Below are positions 20,650 to 32,462 of a DNA stretch of 64,000 nucleotides, piece by piece. The position numbers and the translations under genes were made by a program. This stretch comes from Epithemia pelagica (lineage: Eukaryota; Protista; Bacillariophyta). The notes beneath the pieces were generated by a model. The model did not search any database and had not been told where the DNA came from. It was given only the letters and a program-made list of their open reading frames with translations. The stretch covers positions 744,001 to 808,000 of the forward strand of contig OX337228.1 of the NCBI GenBank assembly GCA_946965045.2, read 5' to 3'. The stretch's first letter is position 1; each line of letters starts with the position of its first letter.

Positions 20650-22227
20650 ATGGTCCACGCTACCATGTCCCATCCAACCACACCGACGACAACCACCCCC
20701 ATTCCCACTACGGTTTCGTCATCGCCGTCCTCTTCCACGGTCTACACCCCGTCGTGTCAACGACCCTCCGAAACCACCACCAGCACGGTACGTTCCTCGT
20801 GCATGGAGCAGTACGACCGAGAGGAACGGACTCGGTCTCCTCGAACCGTCGCATCCACGACAACGTCCTTTGTATTGGACAAAGAACCCCAGAAGAAGGC
20901 CGCCCAGTCACCAGAGCAAGACTACAACGAACCACCGCCACCAGACGATCAATGGGTTGATGTCGAGTTGGGTCCTCCCCACTCACCCGTCGTGAAACGA
21001 GCCACTACCCATTCCAAAGAGCACGGGTCCACAACAAGCCCCGTTCCAGCAGCCGCCACCACAACAACAGCTCCCTCCACGTCTCTGCTGCTCAAGACTG
21101 GGATTCCAAAGAGCAGTACCGGCAGTGTACGTCGATGGATCGAACGGTTCATTTTGTACGGGCGGCGGGATCGGTCGATGCAATTTGCCGTGGGGGCCGG
21201 AGGTATTTTGGTATCGTATCTGGTCCATGGCTATTTTCAAGAAGACTTGTTTGCCTATGTGTCTCCTCACGATGGACGGAAATTTACCTTTGCCTGGTTC
21301 TTGCAATGTATCGAATCCTTGGTCAATGTACTGTTTGCCTACATGTTTATCGTACAACAACAACAACCACACAAGGAACCGGATGACGACGCCCAGGACG
21401 CGAATGAAAAGGACGACGACAAGGACCAGGAACCACCCAGCAGCTTCTACCAGCCCAAGGAGTTGCCACTCTGTCGTTTGTTTGCCGTTGGGACCGTCCA
21501 ACTCTTTGCCAAGACCTTTACCAACATGTCCTTGGCGGCCGGTTTGTCCTTTCCCGTTTGTACCCTGTCCAAATCGGCCAAGATGGTACCCGTCATGATG
21601 GGACAATTGGCCGTGGGTGGCTCTACCTATACCTGCAAGGACTATGTCGCAGTCGGAGCCATTGTGTCGGGCACAGTTCTCTTGTCGTTGGGATCCTCGT
21701 CGCCGTCGTCGTCGTCCAGTGACGACACGACTACTACTGGTGGCTCTTCTACGACACTGCCGGGTGTGGCCTTTATTCTGTTGGCCTTGGCCATGGATGG
21801 CGTGACGGCTGGCTTGCAAAGCAGTCTCAAATTGAAATTGCAACAGGCGGGTCAAACCCTCGACACATATGACATGATGTTTTGGGTCAATGTGTCGATT
21901 TGTGTCTGCGCCTGTGTGATTTCCATTGGCACGGGCGAATGGAGTGCTGGAATGCACTATTTGCAGGAGAATCCTCCCGTCTTGGCCATGATTGGGATTA
22001 CCTGTCTTTATTCCGTCGTGGGACAATCCAGTGTATACTTTGTCATTACCCAATTTGATACCTTGGCCTGTACGACCGTCACCACCTCGCGCAAAATGTT
22101 GACCGTCTTGTACAGTCTTGTCGCCAAGGGACATGCCTTGGACCATTGGGGTGTGGTCGGTGTCGCCATTGCCTTGATGGGATTGGTGTTGGAAACCAAG
22201 AACCAAACGAGCAACCGTCACGAATAG
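20650..22227 (+). CDS. UAA-family nucleotide-sugar (UDP-galactose-type, SLC35B-like) transporter
   Basis: Multiple TM helices; GYFQEDLF, LSKSAKMVPVM, DGVTAGLQ and TTSRKMLTVL motifs; low-complexity N-terminus. Confidence 0.9.
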   Translation: MVHATMSHPTTPTTTTPIPTTVSSSPSSSTVYTPSCQRPSETTTSTVRSSCMEQYDREERTRSPRTVASTTTSFVLDKEPQKKAAQSPEQDYNEPPPPDDQWVDVELGPPHSPVVKRATTHSKEHGSTTSPVPAAATTTTAPSTSLLLKTGIPKSSTGSVRRWIERFILYGRRDRSMQFAVGAGGILVSYLVHGYFQEDLFAYVSPHDGRKFTFAWFLQCIESLVNVLFAYMFIVQQQQPHKEPDDDAQDANEKDDDKDQEPPSSFYQPKELPLCRLFAVGTVQLFAKTFTNMSLAAGLSFPVCTLSKSAKMVPVMMGQLAVGGSTYTCKDYVAVGAIVSGTVLLSLGSSSPSSSSSDDTTTTGGSSTTLPGVAFILLALAMDGVTAGLQSSLKLKLQQAGQTLDTYDMMFWVNVSICVCACVISIGTGEWSAGMHYLQENPPVLAMIGITCLYSVVGQSSVYFVITQFDTLACTTVTTSRKMLTVLYSLVAKGHALDHWGVVGVAIALMGLVLETKNQTSNRHE

Positions 22228-22904
22228 CAACCACAACAAGAACACAAAATATCACACGGAATGAGGAGCTGTGTGTGATTGTCACTGTCAAGGTAGGACC
22301 AAGACGCGGCAAGATTGGATGCAGAGTACGAGTATATAGTTGGTATTGCAGGCACCAGAGTTCAGACGGTATACGATTTTTCCAACGTTCCTCTGTGTCG
22401 TAAACCACTAACAAAGTCTAGATAGGTACTCCTACTCGTCTTTTCCCACACTCACATAGCACATCCTACATAGCTATCCTACCTACCTAGGCGGCTTCGT
22501 TTTGCCGCGACCGCATCTCCGAACCCCCTTCCAGATTTCGGAAGACGCGTTTTTGCTTGGGATGGATGGAACGGATGAGCGCCTGCACAGACCCAACCAA
22601 GAATTGTCGATCGCATGACTATGACAGAAACTGTACAAACGCATATTGAAAAGGACGCCCAGGACAGTATTAACGGCGCTTTATACTGTCACTGTCACAC
22701 GCCATTTCTGGAAGCGTGCTGGGAAACAACCAAAAACACGACACAAGAGAAACGGCAATGGACCAATCTCGCCGTTGTCTCGAGAATTCTCATCTTCAGT
22801 TGCTCGGTTGTCCATTCTTGCTCCTCTCGTGTAGATAATAGAGGACGAGACAGATTCAAAGACTTGTCCTTGGCACAACGCTGGAAGGACGACTCTACCA
22901 CACA

Positions 22905-25900
22905 ATGAAGGAAGAGGAGGTCACCCATGAAGTGAAACCGTCTCCCTCTCTCGAGAAGCAACAATCACAACAAGAAGTGCAAGTCTATGTTCAATTCCGT
23001 CAGCCTCCACCACCCCCGCCGGAACCAAAAACAAAGAAAAAGTCGTACTTTTCCGATTCCTCCGCATCGTCCGATTCCGATGACTCGGATTCCGACAGCA
23101 GTGACGACGACAACGACAATACGGAGGGCAATCACCCAGCCTTTTTGTTCCTTCCTTCTTCACCATTGAATACCATTTCAATTACGCGCCACATTCCTAC
23201 GGCAGTCGCACACAAGAAAAATAAGGCACCGAATCGAAAGAATGCCAATAAACCGGCCGAATGGACGGCCACATTTGATCATATACAAGTCGACAATTCG
23301 AAACAACCAGAAGAGGAAACGGAAACGAGCCATCAACAACGTTGGACCCGACATGTGGCAGAGGAATTGGTGATTCATGGTCGACCATGCCTAGTGGCTG
23401 CCTATGGTGCTAGTCAAACTGGAAAGACACAGGCCTTGTTTCATCCATCCGAATCCAATCCTTCCGAGAGCAGTATCACCCTGGCCTTGATGGAACACAT
23501 TTGGGACTGTTTGCAACACCACGCAGAAGGAGGCAATCATCAAGTCATGCTACAAGTTTCGGCCATTGAAGTGTGTCACAACAACAACAGCAATACAGAG
23601 AAAAAGTCTTCTTCGTTTTCTTCCACCACTCGAGATTTGTTGTTGGTGGACCAGCCTCAAAACGAGTCCTCTCATCCAACGATGCGCGTTCAATCTAGTA
23701 CGGGACGGATACTGGGATGCACCGCCCTTTCCTGTGTCTCCTTGGCCGATGTCCATGCTGTCTTGCATCACGCCTTGGCCCATCGTACGGCGAGCAATAA
23801 CAAAAAGGATGAAACAACGGTCCTACGAGATTCTCCCCATTCGTCTCTGATACTCCAAGTGCATCTCGTACAACAACAACAACAATCCAATCATTCTTCC
23901 TCACCAAAAAACAAATCTTCGATATTGCACATTGTGGATGTTGCCTCCTGTCATGCGCATCGAATAAATCTCCAGTCCAACGAGTCCTCATCATCCGCAG
24001 CAAAAGCAACAACAAAAGCCAACGAAGTAGGAACCCTCCCTCTCTTGTTTCAACTCTTGGGATTAGAGTTTGAAAAAGCCGCCACCACCACCACAAGCAG
24101 GACGACGCCCTCCTGTTGTTATCCGACTCCCTTGACCCGCTTGATTCTCACCATCAATCCTATTACCACGCCCTTGTCCACCACACGATCCGTCCTGGAA
24201 TTTGGTCAACAATTCCAACAACTCCAGACGGATGATCAATCGAAACGACCGGTTCCCTCCAATGCACTTTTACAGGACGAACCACAGGACGCGGGTTGGA
24301 AAACCTTGGTCCAAGCCTTGGCATTGGAGTGTATACGACTGCAAAACAACAACAACGACAATAGCAAGGAGCCAAGTCCACCAGCTACCAGTAGCAGCAC
24401 GCGTGCCAAACCCAAAACTTTGTGGTCATTGATTCATCAAATTGAACAATTGCAACAACAACGACAAGAATCACAAACAAAGGACAGCAAACAACCACAG
24501 GACGATACGGCGGAAACACAACATTCCTCCTCCTTCTTGGAACACTGGACCTTGGTGCCACGGTCGGAATCCATGACGACAACAACGACAACAAACAAAG
24601 ATGGCAAGGCCCTGAGTGGCGATGGCTCGTCACCACCACCCTTGCCACCAAACAATTCCAAGGAAACCAAGCCACCTTCAAACGACGATAATAACGACAA
24701 TGCATTGGTTGGTCGCCTCCAAGCACAATTACGTACCAGCCAATTTCGGGAAGCCGAAGCGGTCGTCTTTTTGCGGCACTATCATCGATTTTATACCCGA
24801 ACCTTGCAACAACAAATGGCAGCCGTGGTGGCAACGGAGAATAGTACCAACACTGCCATTTCCACCAGCCACATTTTGGAAACGCTATTGGAATCCTCCT
24901 CACAGGCCTCAACGGATTTGTTTGATTTGGAACAAGCCATGATGGACAGTGGATTGTTGGAGGAAACACCCGAAACCATCACCCGTACGGATGCTCCCAC
25001 TGCCACAACCAGTGCCAGTACCGCCACGACTGAAGATGCGTCTGGTGTTCTCCTGGGGGATTATCGACCCTCTCCCATGGCCTTGGCCCAAAGTGCCAAA
25101 CATGCCGACCGAGCGGCCGAGGCCGATAGCGTGGCACAAATCGCCATTAGAAAGCAGAGAGACGAGGAAGATCCTACCAACAACACCGCTGCCAGAACGA
25201 TACCACCCTTGGCATCCTTGTCGTCCTCGTCCTTGTCATCCTCTGTATCCAATCGAGAAAGTGGAGACCTGACGGAAGCACGACAAAAGGCCTACCGGAC
25301 ACCGGCTGGTGAATACATTGAGTTGAGAGAACAAGACTTGGAGCAGACGGTGGCCCTGCTGTCTCAAAACTGCGTGCAATTGACAACGGAATTGCAAACG
25401 GTCCGGGCGGAATTGGAAGCCGTTCAACATGCTGCAGCGGCCGCTGCGGCCAATCATAGTCCCAGGAGCCGGGGAAATCTCGAAGAGATCCACACCGCCA
25501 ATGAGCTCTTGATGAAGAGTGCCAACAATTTGGCTCGGCACAAGTTTGAAATTGAATTGAATCAAAAGACGGATGCTTTGAATGCTCTAGCTTGGAAAAT
25601 GGAAGATATCCAGACGGCCAATCAACTCTTGGTTCAAAAGATTAAGCATCGCGATGATCTCATTGCCGCCCTCCAGGAATCTCAAGTAGTTGCACAATCC
25701 ACTCCAAACAAGAAAGATTCAGCAAAGGATCCCCTTGATGACGACATGGATGATATGTCGAATCCTTTGGATCAAACCGACAAGCCAATGACAAGTACGC
25801 CACTGTGGCAATTGTCATCCTCCACGACGACATTGGGGTTACCCTCTGGTGTTGTCTTACCACCACTTCAAAGTCGTGTCGTGGTTCCGTTCTGCCCCAA

Positions 25901-28763
25901 TCCTCCGTATCGGACCGTCTTTGATGACAGTGAAGATAATGACATGGAAGATATGAGTCTTCCTGGCCGACGGCACTCCAATGGAAAATTAGCCCTGGAA
26001 TCCAATACCGTGGCTTGGAGGCAGCTCCTTGAAGCGGCTGCATCTTTGCATGAGGAACGAGAACCCACCATGGTGGCTGACATGCAAGTACAAACAGACT
26101 TGTCGGGGCCGGATTTGGACAAGGCTATGAGCACGTCCGAACATGGAAAGCCACCACCCAAAGCCGTGGCGGAACGACCCAAACTTTCTGAATTGCCAGT
26201 ACGGCAAGTGACGCGCCGAGGATCTCAATCGTCCAATATATCGGCATTGTCCTCACCACCAGGATCTCCCATAGCCACGGCTGGTCGCACTACCAAATCC
26301 AAAATTGTTGGTGGGACAACAACAGCACCACCGCCACCCTGGGCCACCAGCACAACCACCGCCACCACAAACAACAACAACAACAACAACAACAACAGTA
26401 GCCTCAAGACGCCGCCGCAAGGAAACACAGCACCTCTGGCTCCCAAGGGGCTGTTCGAAAACAAAACCACAAACTCGTCATCAGTTCCACAAGCCAAACC
26501 ATCAAGCTATAATCAGGCTGTTAACCAAGATCCTGTCCCTCGTCCTACACCACCTGTTTCAAGTGGTCCGAAAGCAAATAACAATCAGGGTGCGGCCTTG
26601 TTTGGGACTTCTTCATTTCGCGGTACATCTGGATTTGCGGCAGCCAAGGAAGCAACCAATCACCAATCCAATGGAAACCAGCAAGATATGGTTGGTGCGC
26701 TTGTCGGAAAAGAGAAAATGGAGCAAAGGCGTGGGAGTTTAAACTTTGGCTCTAGCGATCCCTACGACGGTGTTTCGGTCTTGACGGATGATTTTCAAGA
26801 TCACCATCATTACGATACTACTTACAACAAAGCATTTCGACGAAATTCTGGAAATCACGTGGTTCCTCCACAAACCAACACCACAACAACTACGACCAAC
26901 GTGACACCATCCGCCAATAAATGGAGGTCTTCTGTGCTTAACAAAAGTCAAGAATCAACACCCAATCCCTCCGCTTCTTCTTTGAAAACACTATTTTCGC
27001 CAGGTCGTATCAATTCACCCCCAAGGAGAGATTTGCTTGGCAACCCGTTGCCGCCACGAGCAGATTCTATTCGTGATTTGACAAAATCATCGCCATCGGG
27101 CGAGGCTGAACGGGGAGACGACGAGCTAAAGAAAAAGTTTGAAGCGCTACGATCAAGAAATGTCGAGGAAGAGGTTATTGAAAGCTCGGGAAATGCAGAA
27201 GCAAGAGACTACACTCGTACGAGCTTTGGAGAGTCTCTGAAAAAGCAGACATCAAACGTGCCAGAAACTACCAAAGCAGTCCCATCCCTCGGTTCTGGCG
27301 AGGTTATTACAAGTACATTTGGACGTCGACCCTTTCGAAGAAATCTCACCGTCCCTCCGGAGGTGCAAAATATGGGAAGTATTCTCGATAGTCCAGCACC
27401 GGAAGCCAAAAAGCCGACAGTCACTTCTGCAGACGTCACCACGAGTAGACCACGCGGGAATAGTATTGGGAGTCGACCATCGAACCTATCCGAAAATCGG
27501 TCGATTTCACCGACTAGTAGAGCGTCGAGGTTCGGCTCATCATCGACCAAGACTGATACTGTTGCCAAAGACCTTGTCGGAGGAAACACTGCAGTGGTCA
27601 AAAGTACGGAAGACGAACTGAAGGAAAAGTTTGGAACCATCGGGTCCAGAAATACTGATGTGCAAGTGATTGAAGCATCGGGAAGTGCTGAAGCGAAGGA
27701 TTACACTCGTACAAAGTTTGGTGAATCTCTAAAACGCAACGCTGAAGTCCCCGATAAATCGGTCCCCAAGTTGGGATCGGGTGAGGTTATCACCAGTTCC
27801 TTTGGAATGCCGAGAAAACCAAGAACTAACAACCCTTCTCCAGGGATTTCTAGGAACTCGTCGTATTCGCATGAGCATCAGCAGCCGCCACAAAAGCAAC
27901 CCGCTTCATCAAACCAGGTACGTGCGCGGTCTCAGTCACCTTATGGATCTCGTTTGTTACCGCCGCTTCACACATCGACGAAAACAAAAAAGACAACAGC
28001 GCAAACGCGGGAGGCGTCCCAGACCAAGGACATCGGACACCAGAAGACTGAGGAAGAGTCATTTGATCCAGCAACACTCAAAAGCAAATTTGCGGCGAAA
28101 GCTGCAAATTCTAAGCCTCTACTACCGGTATCAGATCCATCCATGTACAAACAATCTTCTTGGAGAGAGAAAGACAATGATAAACACACTAATGTAATGC
28201 CCAAAACCAGTGCTGGGGGAGAGACAAAGCATGCGTCGGAAACTTTATCCACTTCGAATTCTCTGCTCACGGCATCTCCACAGCGATCTCAACGCTCGCT
28301 GGTCGCGGCATCTCCAAAGGGATCCCAACGCTCGCTGGTCACGACATCTCCAAAGGGATCCCAGCGATCGCTGGACGCGGCATCTCCACAGAGATCCCAA
28401 CGCTCGCTTGGTCGTAGTCGTTCCGGATCACGTTTACCCAAAGGTGAAGGAGGAGAGACGAAACGGACTCCTCGACGGAATTCTCTCCAACAAACGGACA
28501 ACCGATGTGACGAATCCAGAAGCACAGTCTCGAATTCCACCGGAACAAGGAGCCGCGAAGACAATAAATCCCCCGCCGCTAGCAAAAGCGATGCGCCATT
28601 GTTTCAGATTGTGAATGGTAGGCTTCTCAAGAACGACGAGGATTTGATCAAATTACACAAAATGAAGAAAAAGAAAAAGAGTTCGAGAAAAGTGTCCGTC
28701 AACTCGTCTCATCATCGAACAAACTCACGGGAACACGTCAAGAAAAAAACGAGGGGATCCTAG
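22905..28763 (+). CDS. Kinesin-like protein (1952 aa) with a degenerate motor domain, coiled-coil stalk and long disordered tail
   Basis: Kinesin order of elements: LVAAYGASQTGKT (P-loop), LQVSAIEV..RDLL, SSLILQVHL, ILHIVDVAS, TRLILTINP, TRSVLEFG; coiled coils follow; basic C-terminus. Confidence 0.75.
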   Translation: MKEEEVTHEVKPSPSLEKQQSQQEVQVYVQFRQPPPPPPEPKTKKKSYFSDSSASSDSDDSDSDSSDDDNDNTEGNHPAFLFLPSSPLNTISITRHIPTAVAHKKNKAPNRKNANKPAEWTATFDHIQVDNSKQPEEETETSHQQRWTRHVAEELVIHGRPCLVAAYGASQTGKTQALFHPSESNPSESSITLALMEHIWDCLQHHAEGGNHQVMLQVSAIEVCHNNNSNTEKKSSSFSSTTRDLLLVDQPQNESSHPTMRVQSSTGRILGCTALSCVSLADVHAVLHHALAHRTASNNKKDETTVLRDSPHSSLILQVHLVQQQQQSNHSSSPKNKSSILHIVDVASCHAHRINLQSNESSSSAAKATTKANEVGTLPLLFQLLGLEFEKAATTTTSRTTPSCCYPTPLTRLILTINPITTPLSTTRSVLEFGQQFQQLQTDDQSKRPVPSNALLQDEPQDAGWKTLVQALALECIRLQNNNNDNSKEPSPPATSSSTRAKPKTLWSLIHQIEQLQQQRQESQTKDSKQPQDDTAETQHSSSFLEHWTLVPRSESMTTTTTTNKDGKALSGDGSSPPPLPPNNSKETKPPSNDDNNDNALVGRLQAQLRTSQFREAEAVVFLRHYHRFYTRTLQQQMAAVVATENSTNTAISTSHILETLLESSSQASTDLFDLEQAMMDSGLLEETPETITRTDAPTATTSASTATTEDASGVLLGDYRPSPMALAQSAKHADRAAEADSVAQIAIRKQRDEEDPTNNTAARTIPPLASLSSSSLSSSVSNRESGDLTEARQKAYRTPAGEYIELREQDLEQTVALLSQNCVQLTTELQTVRAELEAVQHAAAAAAANHSPRSRGNLEEIHTANELLMKSANNLARHKFEIELNQKTDALNALAWKMEDIQTANQLLVQKIKHRDDLIAALQESQVVAQSTPNKKDSAKDPLDDDMDDMSNPLDQTDKPMTSTPLWQLSSSTTTLGLPSGVVLPPLQSRVVVPFCPNPPYRTVFDDSEDNDMEDMSLPGRRHSNGKLALESNTVAWRQLLEAAASLHEEREPTMVADMQVQTDLSGPDLDKAMSTSEHGKPPPKAVAERPKLSELPVRQVTRRGSQSSNISALSSPPGSPIATAGRTTKSKIVGGTTTAPPPPWATSTTTATTNNNNNNNNNSSLKTPPQGNTAPLAPKGLFENKTTNSSSVPQAKPSSYNQAVNQDPVPRPTPPVSSGPKANNNQGAALFGTSSFRGTSGFAAAKEATNHQSNGNQQDMVGALVGKEKMEQRRGSLNFGSSDPYDGVSVLTDDFQDHHHYDTTYNKAFRRNSGNHVVPPQTNTTTTTTNVTPSANKWRSSVLNKSQESTPNPSASSLKTLFSPGRINSPPRRDLLGNPLPPRADSIRDLTKSSPSGEAERGDDELKKKFEALRSRNVEEEVIESSGNAEARDYTRTSFGESLKKQTSNVPETTKAVPSLGSGEVITSTFGRRPFRRNLTVPPEVQNMGSILDSPAPEAKKPTVTSADVTTSRPRGNSIGSRPSNLSENRSISPTSRASRFGSSSTKTDTVAKDLVGGNTAVVKSTEDELKEKFGTIGSRNTDVQVIEASGSAEAKDYTRTKFGESLKRNAEVPDKSVPKLGSGEVITSSFGMPRKPRTNNPSPGISRNSSYSHEHQQPPQKQPASSNQVRARSQSPYGSRLLPPLHTSTKTKKTTAQTREASQTKDIGHQKTEEESFDPATLKSKFAAKAANSKPLLPVSDPSMYKQSSWREKDNDKHTNVMPKTSAGGETKHASETLSTSNSLLTASPQRSQRSLVAASPKGSQRSLVTTSPKGSQRSLDAASPQRSQRSLGRSRSGSRLPKGEGGETKRTPRRNSLQQTDNRCDESRSTVSNSTGTRSREDNKSPAASKSDAPLFQIVNGRLLKNDEDLIKLHKMKKKKKSSRKVSVNSSHHRTNSREHVKKKTRGS
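28272..28411 (+). repeat. Coding tandem repeat, ~4 x 36 bp (ASPQRSQRSLVA-type)
   Basis: GCATCTCCA(C/A)AG...CAACGCTCGCTGG units, in frame within the kinesin-like tail. Confidence 0.9.
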
Positions 28764-29001
28764 AGTTCCACAGTATTGAGAAGGATACGATGGACATTCG
28801 CGGTCTGTCTGGACTATCTTTCCCCGAACGAGCAGGAATCATGCTCATCAGAACAACAGTACGAGAAGATTCATCCGCTCATTTCTTTGATAGCAGCTCA
28901 AGTCTGCATCTCGGAGAAACTCATTCAGAAACATTGCGGTCCATAGCCATATGGAGAAAGAACCGCCTTTTGTAATGCCAGTATTAGTATGTCTTGTATT
29001 T

Positions 29002-32000
29002 TTAGGTCACCGGCGGCATTCTCGAACCCACTTGCGGAGAATCATTCTCCAAGGCTTGCTGTACGAGTTCCTTTAACTGCGCTTTCTCATCCGACGTAAA
29101 GGGTGAGTTGTGTCCACAATGAAGTCGAATCAAACTGCCCACTTGGCCATTGTCCATGTCATGTTCGTTCCTGGGCATTTGCATCGAACGTTCGCGCAGC
29201 GCCGTTTCCGTCGACACCGAAGAAAGCAATCGCGCTTGAACATATCGCAATGTACTTGCGACATACTGCAATTCATGATGGACTGTCATCCAACACAGTG
29301 GTGGTGAGTGACAGCACAAACGAAACGATTTAAACACTGGAGCTGTCATGGATTTAGGAACTGGTTCACTTACGTTGTACCACGGTTTCGCCGGTTGGTT
29401 GGGATTGGTCTCCTCCTCCACTACTACTTTCTTGAACAATTTGTTCCAATCGATCGGCCACGACGGGTATGGGTGTAGGTGGTTGTGGAGCTCCCTCTGG
29501 CATTCGTGGAGCTGTGGAACCAAAGTCTCGTGGTTCCACAACCACTACCCCATTGTTGGTAGACGTAATGGTATGGGCCATTCGTTGTTGGGCCGTCACA
29601 ACCAACCGTTGTCCCCCATATACCACGGTGGTACACAACCAGGCCACGGTGGAATCCAAGCCTCGTTTCACGGCCGCTCCCAAGGGAAATCCCACCAGTC
29701 CATCACACGTGGCAAGATATCTCCAAGCTTCCATCACCAAATGGGCAGTGTGGTCCGTCATGGCCTCCTCCATGTCACTGTAGTTCCCGCCGCCGCTGCC
29801 TTGTTTCTTGTACAGAGTGGCTAGTTTTCCAATCCGTTTGCAACAGGCGGCGAAATGAAAGGCTTCTTCCAAACTCACACGCTTGTCCGTGGGCCATACG
29901 GGTGCCGTCACCACCGCTCGGGCCGTATACGTGGTCTCGTGCGAAACGTACCGTGTATCACGGACCGATACATTTTCGAGTTCGGCCATGCGATACCGCA
30001 AGGGTGTTTCTCGAATCCACCCAATGGAATGAGTCGAAGCATCGAGACTGTGTCCACTACGACTGCCGCTGGATATTGTGGCTGCGGTTTCTTTCCAAAG
30101 GGCAATGCCAGCTTTTAAACTCGCTTCATCGGCTATAATGGCATCGGCAGCATCCTGAGCAATAATTTTGGGACAAGAGGCGGCCAAAAAGTCGCCCGCC
30201 ACATTGGTATTCCATCGAGCCAAGGTCAAGCCTCGAATAGCATGTGCCGTCCAATCTCCCACCAACCGTTGCGCAACCGCCTCCAAATTGCAAAAGGTTC
30301 GATCGCATACCAAGACGACCGAGGGTGGTGGTTGTGACGACATGGTCGTTGTCGTCGTCAAGTGTCGCGCCACACCGCAGGCCGTCATGCCTCCAATACT
30401 TTCTCCATGAATCACCAGTGGTCCAACCGGGCCACCCGCAGGAAGGTTGGTTCGCATCGACTGTTGTTGTAAGATATACTGTGCCACGGCGATCCCATCG
30501 CTCTTCAAGGTATCCGGTCGCGGGGTAAAGCCACACACACACGAAACTCCAATCCGTCGTAATCGCCTCGACAGTGTCATGGACGACGAGGATGAGGATG
30601 ATGCCAGACACCCCGTGGGTCCCTGACTCCGTCCATACCCCGCATAATTAAACACATAGACATCCAATCCCAATTGTTGCAGATAAAAATCCACCCACAT
30701 GGTATCCTCCTCACCATTATTAGTATTCTTGTTGTCCGATGCCACGACATTGCCACCCACCAAACTCAATCCGGTCGACACTTCCATGAGACCGGCATTG
30801 GGATTGCAATACAAGACGGCTCCGCGAGAAGGATTCGTGGAGCTATTATTGGGAGCGGGAAAATGCAAGACATCAATACGACCTCCATCCGGACGGGGGA
30901 CCCAGATTTGACGAGCCCCTCGATAGCGGCTGTTCACAGACAAATCAACAGAGACAACAAATATCGAAAACAATGAGTTTTGTGAGTACCAGTTCTTCCG
31001 TGTAACCACATCGTTTGGCTGCCTGACAAAACTCCCGATACACTCAATCCATGCATGTCTCTGACACGTTTGCCAAACATGCTCAACGACCATCCTTCTT
31101 TCGTTTTTCGTACCTCAAGACACATCCTCTCAAGACGGACATTCCAAAAATGGAGGCATGTGGGGGAGGATCCAAGAGTGGCACGAGGGACGCGAGGCCC
31201 GATTGCGCGGCTCCCCAAACCGTGGTAGTAGTATTGGTGTTGGACGACAAGGCCTCCTCCTCGTCCGCAGCAGCAGTATGGTCATTCTCATCCGATTGGT
31301 TGGATCGTGCTTGTACCAAGGGTGGTTGCAAAACATTTTGACACATGTCCAAGGCCGTCGTACAGGCCGTGACCAATTCCTGTGCCGACGCCATTGTGGC
31401 TTGAGACGACGACGGTGGTTGTTTCTTCGCCTCGGAGAGCACCGTGTCGGACAAGGTGAGGATCTGCGACAAGGTTTGCAACAAGAGACGACCTTGTTCT
31501 TGAGCAGAGATTGCAATATGGGGATCCACAAAGGATCCAATGTCCCCTTGAATGGGATTGTTGCCGTAGCGTGTCAAGGACGACGACGACGAGGTATTCG
31601 TATTTGTCGGGCCGTCCTCCATGGCTTGCAAGACTTGGACGACGACGGCCACGACCCGATTGCGTAAGGATTCTGCTCGGTGGCACAAGGAGGGAAGCAA
31701 TTGGGGAGGACCCGTCATGGTGGTTGTTTGGGCTTGCACTACACCGGCGGCCGCTTCCCGCAAGGCTTCCAAGGCCGTCACCAACATGCGAAGGAGGTAC
31801 CGTGCAAATTCCAATTCCATATCCAACGTCATTTTGCGAGACGCACCGGGAAAGGCCAAGAATCGGAGAATGGTACGACCGACTCCAAACACTATTGTAA
31901 TCCCCAACACATACAGGCCCAGTTCGGTAAGGAGCCAGGAAAGACACCAGAGCGGAATCCACAACGAAACGAGCGCCAAATTCACCAAGACAAAGGCAAT

Positions 32001-32462
32001 GGCCGTAGTACCACCACCACCGTGCAAAATAGAGTGAAAAGGAATTTCGGGCACCGCATCGGCAGCACAGGGTTGGGTCACGAGTCGAATCACACAGGCT
32101 TGCATCCAACTGGGACAGTAGCCCGTCCACAAGTTCAGCAAGGGCCCTCCCACTCGACGACGACAATACATCCACAGGGAATGGCTGTTCGCATTGCTGT
32201 AGGAGGGAGATGGAGAAGTGGTCTCCACTTGCATACTGCTGCTGCTGCTCGTGTTGTTGTTGTTGTTGGATGACGTAGAAGATCGATGATACATTTGTCC
32301 TCCTCCCACCATGGAAGTGTTGTTGTTGGTATTATTGGTGGCTGAGGAGGAAGTTTCGGTTGCTGTCGTTGTTGCAATTGTTGTCAAGAGTGGTGTAACC
32401 AAGGCGTCTTGTACGTCGTCTTCCTCTTCCGCCACGGAAACGGCCAATGGAGAAGAACGCAT
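29002..32462 (-). CDS. Alpha/beta-hydrolase (ABHD-like) with N-terminal TM region; join(32462..31114, 30929..29374, 29282..29002), ~1061 aa
   Basis: LYCNPNAG, VFNYAGYGRS, IHGESIGG (GxSxG) and DRTFCNL motifs. Predicted GT-AG introns 31113-30930 and 29373-29283 keep the frame (3186 nt total). Confidence 0.8.

Noticed and set aside
28272-28411. 36-bp repeats as a CRISPR array
   Set aside because: Units are directly adjacent with no spacers, in frame in a eukaryotic CDS, and no cas genes are present.
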